The translations under genes and the position numbers were made by a program. A stretch of DNA of 48,871 nucleotides from an uncultured Candidatus Saccharibacteria bacterium. GTDB lineage: Bacteria > Patescibacteriota > Saccharimonadia > CAILAD01 > GCA-016700035. Shown in pieces: positions 1 through 7,773 of the stretch (position 1 is its first letter; every line of letters starts with the position of its first letter). The notes beneath the pieces were generated by a model. It ran no database searches. It saw only the letters and a list, made by a program, of their open reading frames with translations, and had not been told where the DNA came from. The stretch covers positions 1-48,871 of the forward strand of contig CALKUN010000113.1 in NCBI GenBank assembly GCA_937996675.1, read 5' to 3'.

Positions 1-1
1 T

Positions 2-343
2 GTTACGATGTACGTCTTAGTAGCCCTTATCAATCTTAGTGCCAAAAATACGGCACTGCGCGATCAGGCTGACTCGGTCGAAGAAGATACGATCCGGCTG
101 GAGAGCGAAATTAGCGGCCTTCAGGCGCAGGTAGCTTACTTTGGCACAGATCAGTTTAAAGAAAAGCAGGTTCGCGAGAAGCTTGGCCTGCAGGCACCGG
201 GCGAGAATGTGGTGATCGTCGGACGTGGCGACGCTGATCGTGGTGTGAAGGGAGGCGACACGAGTGCAAGCAGCGTCGACTTACCAGATCAGACACATAT
301 TGAGGAGTGGGCCACCTTTCTATTTGGCGGTGATAAAGGCTAG
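2..343 (+). CDS. FtsB/DivIC-like septum formation initiator, N-terminus cut by window edge
   Basis: The frame is open back to position 2. The tail of a hydrophobic segment (YVLVALINL) is followed by the coiled-coil-like LESEISGLQAQVAYF and KEKQVREKLGL...GENVVIV, the usual FtsB/DivIC layout. Motif-level recognition only. Confidence 0.55.
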   Translation, partial: VTMYVLVALINLSAKNTALRDQADSVEEDTIRLESEISGLQAQVAYFGTDQFKEKQVREKLGLQAPGENVVIVGRGDADRGVKGGDTSASSVDLPDQTHIEEWATFLFGGDKG

Positions 344-364
344 TCGCCGACGTGATTCACCACC

Positions 365-400
365 ATAGTAAAAGCCCCGCCGAAGCGGGGCTTTTACTAT
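365..400. terminator. Bidirectional hairpin terminator between the ftsB-like gene and tRNA-CAT
   Basis: Perfect 16-bp stem ATAGTAAAAGCCCCGC / GCGGGGCTTTTACTAT with loop CGAA. It has A/T runs on both sides and abuts the 3' end of the minus-strand tRNA. Confidence 0.7.
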
Positions 401-475
401 GGTGGCTGTGGGTGGAATCGAACCACCGACCTTTGGCTTATGAGTCCACTGCTCTAACCCCTGAGCTACACAGCC
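400..475 (-). tRNA. tRNA with anticodon CAT (elongator Met or lysidine-dependent Ile2)
   Basis: The reverse complement reads GGCTGTG-TA-GCTC-AGGGGTTA-GAGC-A-GTGGA-CTCATAA-GCCAA-AGGTC-GGTGG-TTCGATT-CCACC-CACAGCC-A-CCA. This is a 76-nt cloverleaf with encoded CCA. The acceptor, D and T arms pair well, but the anticodon stem has only 3 Watson-Crick pairs. Confidence 0.8.
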
Positions 476-593
476 ATGTGCGATATTGTGCTTACACAAT
501 CAGTTTACTATACCAAACCAATCTTATATCGAGAAGGGCTGGCATGCCAGCTATGCCAAAAATGTTAGGATAGAGGTATGAAGGTATCGCTCC

Positions 594-3122
594 ATGGATC
601 GCTCTAAAAGTCAGCTCTACAACTTGGAGATCGACGAAGCTCTTCTCTCTCAGGCATCTCAACTTGATGGCTTGTCGACTGAAGATGTTTTGGCTCGCCT
701 CAAAAAGCATGGCCGGAATGAGTTGACCTCGAAGAAAACGCCGCTCTGGCGGCAGATTGTTGAACCGTTTACGAGTTATTTTGTCATTGTGATTATTGGT
801 GCTGCGCTCCTGAGTGTATACGAACGACAGTGGTTTGAAGCAATCATCATTAGCGTTATCGTTGTGATCAACGCCATGATTTACTACTTCCAGCAGTTTG
901 CGGTCAATCGTGTGCTCAAGACTTTGCGAGACCAGGACAAGTTGAGTGTGAACGTGGTCCGCAATGGAGCTGATGTAGTAGTTGCGAGTGAAGAGCTCGT
1001 GCCAGGCGACATTGTTCATGTTGTCGAAGGCATGAAGGTATCGGCTGATGGGCGGTTGGTCGAATCAAATCACATTCAGCTCGATGAGTCAGCCCTTACG
1101 GGGGAGTCATTGCCCGTACACAAACATGCCGCCGCAATCCCCGGTACAAAGGCAATTTACGATCAGGAGAACATGATTTTCAAGGGAACCTACGTGAAGA
1201 GCGGGAGTGGGCTGATGCTCGTCACGGGTACGGGTAATGAGACACAGCTGGGTAGTATTAACACCTTGGCTGCCGAAGCGGATGACGGTAAGGCCCCGAT
1301 TGAGCAAAAGATAGACGACATTACAAAGAAGCTCCTCGTCGCTATCGGCGCGGTTAGTGTCGTGGTTTTTATGCTAGCGATTGTGCGAGGGATAGTGCTC
1401 GATGAGGCACTTAAGTTTACTCTGAGTCTGATTGTGTCAGCCGTGCCGGAGGGTCTACCGGTAGCGATAACTCTGGTACTCCTTTTTAGTGCTCGGCGCA
1501 TGGCCAAGCACAAGGCGCTCGTCAAAAAAATATCAGCTATGGAGACGCTGGGAGCGGTTACACTGATCGCGACCGACAAGACAGGGACACTTACCAAGAA
1601 TAAATTATCGGTGGCAGATACATACACCCCTCATGCCAAGGCGCACGCTTTTCATGAGACGATTCGCGCGAGTCTAAATGGAGACACTGGTTTTGCCGAA
1701 GATCCACTCGATCAAATTCTCCACCACTCAATTGCCGACGTGCGAACGCCTCGGTCATGGAAGAAGGTCAAGGAGTTTCCGTTCAACCAACAGCTGAGAT
1801 TGAGTGGAACAGTCTGGAGGCATACCGAAGGATACGTACTTCATATTAAGGGTGCGCCAGAGCAGGTGTTATCGCACTGCAAGCCAGGCGATGATCGTGA
1901 GACCGCCTTGGTAAGCTTGCAGAAGTTTACGGGAAAGGGATATCGAACAATTGGCTTTGCGCATCGCACAGTGACGACAATTCCCGAGGCGCTGACGCAC
2001 ACTACGCTCAAGGGCTTGAAACTAGATGGATTTGTGGCGTTGAGTGATCAAATTCGCCAGAACGTGAGTAAGGCAATCGCAGAGGCGCACGAGGCAGGGA
2101 TCAAGGTAATTATGCTGACGGGTGATCATGTTGAGACGGCTGGGTATATTGCCTCGCGTGTTGGAATCATAACCGATAGAAGCGAAGTAGCCGATAGTTC
2201 TCTCTTAGCACATGGAAGCCCGACGCAAGTACGATCAGCGCTGAAGAAATTCAAGGCCTTTGGTCGCGTTTTGCCCGAGCATAAGTATGCTTTGCTGAAG
2301 GCCACAAAGAATTACGAGATCACCGCGATGACCGGTGACGGCGTCAATGACATCCCGGCGCTGGTGGAGGCGGATATCGGTTTTGCAATGGGGAGTGGTA
2401 CCTCGGCTGCTAAGGATGCGAGCGACGTGATACTTATGAATAACAACTTCCATACCATTATGCATGCAGTTCGAGCTGGGCGTACCGTCCTCGCGAATAT
2501 CCGCAAGATGGTCGTGTACTTACTTGGCACGAATGGAGGAGAAGTACTGACAATGCTGTCGGCGCTTCTCATCGGTGTGCAACTGCCCATCACCGCGGTC
2601 ATGGTGCTCTGGATAAACCTCGTAACCGATGGCTTTACCGTGATCCCGCTCGGCCTCAGCCCCTCGGAGACTCACCAGATGAAACACCCACCTCGGGATC
2701 CGCGCGGACCTCTCTTGGATGGTGTGATGTTGACGCGATCAATTCTACTCGCGGTTGTTATCGCAGTCTCGGTGGTGTGGATCTTCATATTGAACCTTCC
2801 GAAAGGCCTCGCCTATGCGCAGACAGCGGCTTTTTTGAGCCTTATCGTGATTCAGTGGGCTAATGCATTCAATATGAACTACGAGTTCAAATCGTGGCTC
2901 TACAACTTCGTTCGACCGAACTGGGCATTAGTGGCTGCCATTGCTGCTTCTATTATATTGAACGGCATTGTTTTTATGACGCCTATCGGAGAATACTTTG
3001 GGGTAGTGCCAATCCAGTTCAAGGATGCTATAGGGGCAATAATCTACCCAATGATTGCTGCGTTTGTCACGGCCGACCTACATAAACTCGTCTGTGCTCA
3101 AATAATCAGACGGAGAGTGTAG
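594..3122 (+). CDS. Cation-transporting P-type ATPase (P2-type, Ca2+/Mg2+-like)
   Basis: 842-aa ORF with the DKTGTLT phosphorylation motif, the PEGLP transmembrane motif, TGD, and the GDGVNDIPAL hinge. It has a multi-TM N- and C-terminal layout. Confidence 0.93.
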   Translation: MDRSKSQLYNLEIDEALLSQASQLDGLSTEDVLARLKKHGRNELTSKKTPLWRQIVEPFTSYFVIVIIGAALLSVYERQWFEAIIISVIVVINAMIYYFQQFAVNRVLKTLRDQDKLSVNVVRNGADVVVASEELVPGDIVHVVEGMKVSADGRLVESNHIQLDESALTGESLPVHKHAAAIPGTKAIYDQENMIFKGTYVKSGSGLMLVTGTGNETQLGSINTLAAEADDGKAPIEQKIDDITKKLLVAIGAVSVVVFMLAIVRGIVLDEALKFTLSLIVSAVPEGLPVAITLVLLFSARRMAKHKALVKKISAMETLGAVTLIATDKTGTLTKNKLSVADTYTPHAKAHAFHETIRASLNGDTGFAEDPLDQILHHSIADVRTPRSWKKVKEFPFNQQLRLSGTVWRHTEGYVLHIKGAPEQVLSHCKPGDDRETALVSLQKFTGKGYRTIGFAHRTVTTIPEALTHTTLKGLKLDGFVALSDQIRQNVSKAIAEAHEAGIKVIMLTGDHVETAGYIASRVGIITDRSEVADSSLLAHGSPTQVRSALKKFKAFGRVLPEHKYALLKATKNYEITAMTGDGVNDIPALVEADIGFAMGSGTSAAKDASDVILMNNNFHTIMHAVRAGRTVLANIRKMVVYLLGTNGGEVLTMLSALLIGVQLPITAVMVLWINLVTDGFTVIPLGLSPSETHQMKHPPRDPRGPLLDGVMLTRSILLAVVIAVSVVWIFILNLPKGLAYAQTAAFLSLIVIQWANAFNMNYEFKSWLYNFVRPNWALVAAIAASIILNGIVFMTPIGEYFGVVPIQFKDAIGAIIYPMIAAFVTADLHKLVCAQIIRRRV

Positions 3123-3261
3123 GGAACGGACAGCGCACGACTATCGTTTACAAAGAACGATAAAAACTTCACTCCTCGTCATGAGTTCGAGCAAGCTCGA
3201 CTCAAGCTAGCGGGGCTAGATTATCGGGCCTAGGGTTTAAGCCCTTCCGCTTACTCAGAAT

Positions 3262-3291
3262 AAAAAGACCAGCATGAATGCTGATCTTTTT
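3262..3291. terminator. Bidirectional terminator (ATPase on +, tRNA-fMet on -)
   Basis: AAAAA-GACCAGCA-TGAA-TGCTGATC-TTTTT. The 8-bp stem has one mismatch and is flanked by A and T runs. Confidence 0.6.
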
Positions 3292-3295
3292 ATTC

Positions 3296-3371
3296 TGGTA
3301 GCGGGGGAAGGACTCGAACCTCCGACCTTCAGGTTATGAGCCTGACGAGCTGCCAACTGCTCCACCCCGCG
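3296..3371 (-). tRNA. Initiator-type tRNA-fMet (anticodon CAT)
   Basis: The reverse complement is CGCGGGGTGGAGCAGTTGGCAGCTCGTCAGGCTCATAACCTGAAGGTCGGAGGTTCGAGTCCTTCCCCCGCTACCA. The 5' part closely resembles my recollection of E. coli tRNA-fMet. Position 1:72 is unpaired (C opposite U), which is typical of bacterial initiators. CCA is encoded. Confidence 0.88.
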
Positions 3372-3405
3372 ACAGGGCATGAATATTTTCTTCGTACGGG
3401 TGATT

Positions 3406-3435
3406 ATTATATCTGTTGGGGGTGGTTTTTGTCAA
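3406..3435 (-). promoter_or_regulatory. sigma70-type promoter for tRNA-fMet
   Basis: On the minus strand TTGACA (3435-3430), an 18-nt spacer, then TATAAT (3411-3406), about 35 nt upstream of the mature tRNA 5' end. Confidence 0.6.
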
Positions 3436-3457
3436 TGTTGTCAGAATGTGATAATTA

Positions 3458-3486
3458 TTGACCAGCTCGAGAAGTCTCGCTATACT
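3458..3486 (+). promoter_or_regulatory. sigma70-type promoter of GC-rich cassette A
   Basis: TTGACC (3458-3463), a 17-nt spacer, then TATACT (3481-3486). It is divergent from the tRNA-fMet promoter. Confidence 0.6.
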
Positions 3487-3505
3487 AGCAACTCCGCTGA
3501 GAGAA

Positions 3506-3862
3506 ATGAGTGCACCTATGTCCACGTCCGTCCTGCTTACGCGCCGCGCAGATCTGCGCGACCGCCAACCGCACCCTGACCACTGCTTGCCGCACCCCGA
3601 CTGCTGCGGTGAGTGCGCTTGGGGCTTCGTCGACCCGTCGTCACCGGGCTACCAGCCAGGTCTTCCGCTTCCGGACGACATCAAGACCGCCTACGAGACC
3701 ATGCCGGGTGGCTACGACAGCCACTGCGGTGAGGTGCAGATCGTCCGGCACTGTGCCACCGGCGTGATCTACGCCATTCGCAACGGGCGACTGTACGTCG
3801 CCGACACCGAGTCCACGGCCTTCATCGGCTACCGCGAGGCCATGGGTCTCGTCGCTGCCTGA
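3506..3862 (+). CDS. GC-rich orphan protein A (Cys/His/Pro-rich N-terminal half), no family recognised
   Basis: ATG at 3506 lies in frame within track ORF 3458..3862, whose annotated TTG start is the -35 box itself. An alternative ATG is at 3518. Third codon positions are G/C-dominated, and a hand count of line 3601 gave about 70% G+C. Shadow ORFs occur on both strands. Contains HPDHCLPHPDCCGEC and HCGEVQIVRHC. Confidence 0.6.
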   Translation: MSAPMSTSVLLTRRADLRDRQPHPDHCLPHPDCCGECAWGFVDPSSPGYQPGLPLPDDIKTAYETMPGGYDSHCGEVQIVRHCATGVIYAIRNGRLYVADTESTAFIGYREAMGLVAA

Positions 3863-3866
3863 CCCT

Positions 3867-3911
3867 GTGCTCCCTGCCTCTATCACTGAGGTAGGGAGCA
3901 CAACCATTTTG
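3867..3911 (+). terminator. Hairpin terminator of cassette A
   Basis: 14-bp stem GTGCTCCCTGCCTC / GAGGTAGGGAGCAC (one G-T pair) with a 7-nt loop, followed by AACCATTTTGTT. Confidence 0.55.
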
Positions 3912-4076
3912 TTGACAAAATACTCAAAAGCTTATGCTTTACAGATAGGGCACCTGATGCTAGTATCGGGCATCACTTATTAACTTGTTCGTAAACCATA
4001 AGCAAACAGATATTCGGCAAAGGAGAGCGAGATTCGGGTTTTGTCGTCTATCAGCGAATGAAAAGGAGAAGGTACA

Positions 4077-6191
4077 ATGTCACACAGTATTCTAAAGGGG
4101 GGAATCGGAGTTCTGCTAGGATTGGCTGCCGCAACGGTAATTAGCTTCACCGCTTTTACCCCGCTCGTCACAGGCGCAACCTCGAACCTTGTTACTAATA
4201 ACTCATTTGAGACCAGTACTGCATCGTCAGCGACTGGTTGGGCACCTGTCCGATGGGGTAGCTCAACGGCTGCTTTCTCGATCAAGAATGAAGGACAGTC
4301 TGGCGGAAAGTCAGCTTACGTTCAGGTCTCAAACTATAAAAACGGTGATGCTAAGTGGGAACCAGCAGTTACTGCTGTCACTGGCGGAACCAAACTCCAG
4401 TATAGCGACTGGTACAAGAGCTCCGTCGCTACCGAAGTAAATGCCGAGATCACGCTTACCAACGGTAAAGTTCAGTATGTGTGGCTCGCTAATGCAGCTG
4501 CTAGCTCGACTACCTGGAAGAAACTGGCTGCTACTATCACGCTTCCTGCCAATGCTAAGTCGATCCGTGTCTACCATTTGATCGCCAAAAATGGCTGGCT
4601 CCAGACTGACAACTACGAACTCAGCGACGCAGTTGCAACACCAACAGTTGCTCCGACTGTTTCTGCGACGCCGACTCCGTCTGCTACCAAGACGCCAACC
4701 CCATCAGCTACAGCTGTTCCGACCAAGACACCGACTCCATCGGCGACAGTTACGCCAGTCCCGACCGTAGCTCCAACTGCCACCCCAAAGCCTTCTGCTA
4801 CACCGGTCCCGACCGCTGTCCCAACTGCTTCACCTTCGGTAACTCCAAAGCCGAGCGCTACTCCAGTGCCAACCGCTGTCCCGACAGTGACACCAACTCC
4901 TACTGCTACTCCAGTTCCGACAGTCGCCCCAACTGTTACTCCGGTACCAAGCACTACCCCAACTCCATCGGCCAACCTGATCCTGAACCCATCTATGGAG
5001 TCAGGTGACGCAACGACCATCATGAACTGGGTTGCTTCATACTGGGGTACGCTCACACCAGTCTTTTCGGTCAACACAGCTGGTGTACAGAACGGTACTC
5101 GTTCAGCTACCGTTACTGTGACCGCCTACACCGATGGCGATGCCAAGTGGGTATCTGACTCCGTGACCGTGCTGCCGAACACGACGTACACATTCAGCGA
5201 CTATTACAAAGCTACCGCCGGTACTCAGCTTGATGCTGCGATCACTGACACAGCCGGAGTCACTACGTACACATGGCTCGGTGACCTCCCAGCTGCAACA
5301 GCTTGGACCAAGGCCAGCGCTACCATCACTACTCCTGCCAATGCGTCCAAGATGACGATCTTCCACCTCATCTACAGCAACGGTACGCTCGAGATCGACA
5401 ACGCATCACTCACGACCGGAACACCTGTCGTGACGCCTACACCGACGCCAACTCCTACAACCACCCCAACGCCATCCAGCACACCGACACCAAGTCCTGG
5501 AGCACACGCACCGTTCTCACGGCCGCTGGCATCGATCGAGTTTGACGACGGTTGGACGTCTGCTTACATCAACGGCCTCCCAATTGTCCGAAGCTTCGGA
5601 TGGGTACCAACTCAGTACATCATCACGGACACGGCTGCAAACAATGCCAATTACGGTGCGGGTACATACATGACACCTGCGCAGATCAAGGACTGGGTAG
5701 CTAAGGGCGGAGACATCGGATCACATACAGTAGATCACTCTGACCTCGCTACGCTGACTCAGGCTCAGGTGACTGCCCAGCTCAGCACCAGCAAGAGCTA
5801 TCTCGAAACGCTCCTGAATCGCAAGGTTAATCTCTTCGCTACACCACTCTGTAGCGCGAATGCCACCGTTACTGCTGCGGCCAAGCTGTTCTACCAAGAC
5901 CTCCGCAACTGTGACAGCTCTACAAACTTCAAGGCGAGTTTTGATGCCTACAACGTACAGGACATCAACATCCTCTCTACGACTACCGACGCCGAGATCA
6001 TCTCGATCCTCAACGCTGCCAAGGCCAACAATGGCTGGGTAGACTTCACCTGGCACATGGTCGGCGGTACTGCAGGGGATACATACAATGTGACTCCAGC
6101 GCAGTTTACCCACCAGCTTCAGTTGATCAAGGATAGCGGGATCACTGTTCTCTCGACACAAGAAGCACTCAACGAGTCTCAGGGTAAGTAA
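4077..6191 (+). CDS. Secreted or anchored polysaccharide deacetylase (NodB domain) with two CBM-like beta-sandwich modules and Pro/Thr linkers
   Basis: Strong SD AAAGGAGAAGG and an N-terminal TM/signal segment. A module is duplicated (NxxxNxSFE...GDAKW...IRVYHLI / MTIFHLI). The C-terminal domain has FDDGW...HTVDHSDL, typical of NodB deacetylases. Confidence 0.8.
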   Translation: MSHSILKGGIGVLLGLAAATVISFTAFTPLVTGATSNLVTNNSFETSTASSATGWAPVRWGSSTAAFSIKNEGQSGGKSAYVQVSNYKNGDAKWEPAVTAVTGGTKLQYSDWYKSSVATEVNAEITLTNGKVQYVWLANAAASSTTWKKLAATITLPANAKSIRVYHLIAKNGWLQTDNYELSDAVATPTVAPTVSATPTPSATKTPTPSATAVPTKTPTPSATVTPVPTVAPTATPKPSATPVPTAVPTASPSVTPKPSATPVPTAVPTVTPTPTATPVPTVAPTVTPVPSTTPTPSANLILNPSMESGDATTIMNWVASYWGTLTPVFSVNTAGVQNGTRSATVTVTAYTDGDAKWVSDSVTVLPNTTYTFSDYYKATAGTQLDAAITDTAGVTTYTWLGDLPAATAWTKASATITTPANASKMTIFHLIYSNGTLEIDNASLTTGTPVVTPTPTPTPTTTPTPSSTPTPSPGAHAPFSRPLASIEFDDGWTSAYINGLPIVRSFGWVPTQYIITDTAANNANYGAGTYMTPAQIKDWVAKGGDIGSHTVDHSDLATLTQAQVTAQLSTSKSYLETLLNRKVNLFATPLCSANATVTAAAKLFYQDLRNCDSSTNFKASFDAYNVQDINILSTTTDAEIISILNAAKANNGWVDFTWHMVGGTAGDTYNVTPAQFTHQLQLIKDSGITVLSTQEALNESQGK
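4634..4972 (+). repeat. In-frame low-complexity Pro/Thr/Ala/Val linker with internal tandem units
   Basis: It encodes about 113 aa of TPTPSAT/PVPTAVPT units. PKPSATPVPTAVPT occurs twice. A second, shorter PT linker lies at about 5417-5500. Confidence 0.85.
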
Positions 6192-6208
6192 AGACGTACT
6201 AGTTCCCA

Positions 6209-6240
6209 CAAAAACACCCTCGAAAGAGGGTGTTTTTGTT
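6209..6240 (+). terminator. Intrinsic terminator after the deacetylase gene
   Basis: ACACCCTC-GAAA-GAGGGTGT followed by TTTTTGTTT. Confidence 0.8.
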
Positions 6241-6269
6241 TCTAGCCATAACCATGATGGTTCAGTATC

Positions 6270-7058
6270 ATGGGGAGCATGCTATTGCTCATCGCCATCG
6301 TATTGCATCTATCTCTCGCGGCTTGGTTCCTGTATTACTTATTGACACACGACAAAGGGAATCGGGAGCCCACCTGGGCACTCGTCGTATCTTGTTTGCT
6401 TGGCATCATCTCGATCGTACTGGCGTTGATTGGAAACGGGGCTTGGGCAGACTACTACTTTGGTATTGCTCAACAGACCCATACCTTGGGAGACGCGTGG
6501 GCTGGTGCATGGCGGGTCGGCGTCGTTGAAGAAGTTGCTAAGGCACTACCAGTGGGCCTCTTCATCTTTCGTCGCAGGTTCTTTAATGAATCAACTGACG
6601 GAGTAATCTATTTCGGTCTTGCAGCCTTGGTTTTTGGGACCCTTGAAAACATTATGTATTCTCTCTCAGAAGGGGGCGAAACTGGCATCGTACGGATTTT
6701 TATGACGCCCTTCCTTCACGTCGCCCTGACTGCAGCATTTGGCTATTATGTTGCACGGTGGAGGCTTGGCTTGAGCGCATTCTGGAAGGCAGCTCTGGTA
6801 TTTATTGGAGCAATATTAGTGCATGCGATCTATGATGCATCGCTTCTTGCTATGCCGACTTCGGCTTGGCTGGGCCTCGTGTCGCTCACTCTATCACTCT
6901 CTACCACGATCGGGATTTTTCTCATCTATGCCCATGCCCACAAGTCGGATCTCACACTTGGATTAGCCACAGATGGTGTTCGTGCGTTCTGTCGGAGTTG
7001 TGGTCGACCAAATCCACAGCATGACCTGCACTGTTCGGTATGCGGCAAAAAAGCATGA
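6270..7058 (+). CDS. PrsW-family intramembrane protease with C-terminal zinc ribbon
   Basis: Multi-TM protein with the EEVAK (EExxK) and HAIYD (HxxxD) motifs of the PrsW family. The C-terminal CRSCG...CSVCG forms a zinc ribbon. Confidence 0.7.
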   Translation: MGSMLLLIAIVLHLSLAAWFLYYLLTHDKGNREPTWALVVSCLLGIISIVLALIGNGAWADYYFGIAQQTHTLGDAWAGAWRVGVVEEVAKALPVGLFIFRRRFFNESTDGVIYFGLAALVFGTLENIMYSLSEGGETGIVRIFMTPFLHVALTAAFGYYVARWRLGLSAFWKAALVFIGAILVHAIYDASLLAMPTSAWLGLVSLTLSLSTTIGIFLIYAHAHKSDLTLGLATDGVRAFCRSCGRPNPQHDLHCSVCGKKA

Positions 7059-7098
7059 CCTTGTTGAAGCCCTCAGAATTCTGTAGCATAAGGGCAAT

Positions 7099-7728
7099 AT
7101 GAGCCCAGAACCAACTTTGCTTTGCCCACAGTGCCACAATAAAGTGACCGCCAATGACACGTTTTGTGGGAGCTGCGGTCATCAGCTGAAAGCCGGAGAG
7201 GCGACAACAGCTCCCGTCGTTGCTCCTGCTCACCAAGATCAGCCAGTAGTACCACCGCCGCCGACTCCTTCCCCGGGCCCAGCACCAGTAGCTCAGCCCG
7301 TAGTCGCCCCTACACCCCCGGTCGTACCGGCTGTATCCGGTCCAGTTGTTGACCAAGGGAATAGCCAGAAGAACGGTGTAGCAACTGCCAGCATGGTTAT
7401 CGCCCTGGCTGGACTTGGCACGAGCCTGCTCAGTCTATTTGTACCATTCTACGGATTTGTCTTAATCCTCATGTATATCACAGCTGTCGTACTCGGTATC
7501 ATGGGGTTAAAGTCTCAAAAACGTGGTCGAGCAATCGCTGGCCTTATTATGGGAATCATTTTTGCACTTATCTCGATCGGCCTTACTCTTTTGTACCTCT
7601 TGGGAGTAGCTGTTTGTAAGGACCCCGAGAAGTATGGGGCCGACCCAAATGACGAGCGGTGCGCCTCGGTAATCGAAGATGTGTCATCACGAGTTCCTTC
7701 TCTCGTCGAGTTGATTTGGGATCGCTAG
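7099..7728 (+). CDS. Zinc-ribbon / proline-rich / DUF4190-like membrane protein
   Basis: N-terminal CPQC...CGSCG zinc ribbon, a Pro-rich spacer, then two or three TM helices with a GxxxG-rich pattern as in DUF4190 proteins. Confidence 0.55.
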   Translation: MSPEPTLLCPQCHNKVTANDTFCGSCGHQLKAGEATTAPVVAPAHQDQPVVPPPPTPSPGPAPVAQPVVAPTPPVVPAVSGPVVDQGNSQKNGVATASMVIALAGLGTSLLSLFVPFYGFVLILMYITAVVLGIMGLKSQKRGRAIAGLIMGIIFALISIGLTLLYLLGVAVCKDPEKYGADPNDERCASVIEDVSSRVPSLVELIWDR

Positions 7729-7773
7729 CTTTGATCTTTGCGTCGAAGGTCTTCTCCTCTTACAATAGATAGT

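Noticed and set aside
352-1019. ORFs 352..573 (+) and 492..1019 (-)
   Set aside because: The first runs through the tRNA-CAT gene and its terminator. The second is antisense to the 5' end of the well-supported P-type ATPase gene. Neither has a start context.
3123-3261. 139-nt intergenic stretch after the ATPase gene with several short hairpins (TATCGTT/AACGATA, GAGTTCGAGC/GCTCGACTC)
   Set aside because: The hairpins are short and imperfect, no promoter is evident, and nothing resembles a known RNA family. It is probably just 3' UTR and is kept as unassigned.
4613-5077. 154-aa minus-strand ORF rich in GVGT repeats
   Set aside because: It is the reverse-complement reading of the Pro/Thr linker of the deacetylase gene. 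This is a repeat-generated open frame, not an independent gene or a CRISPR-like array: the units are irregular and in frame with the plus-strand CDS.
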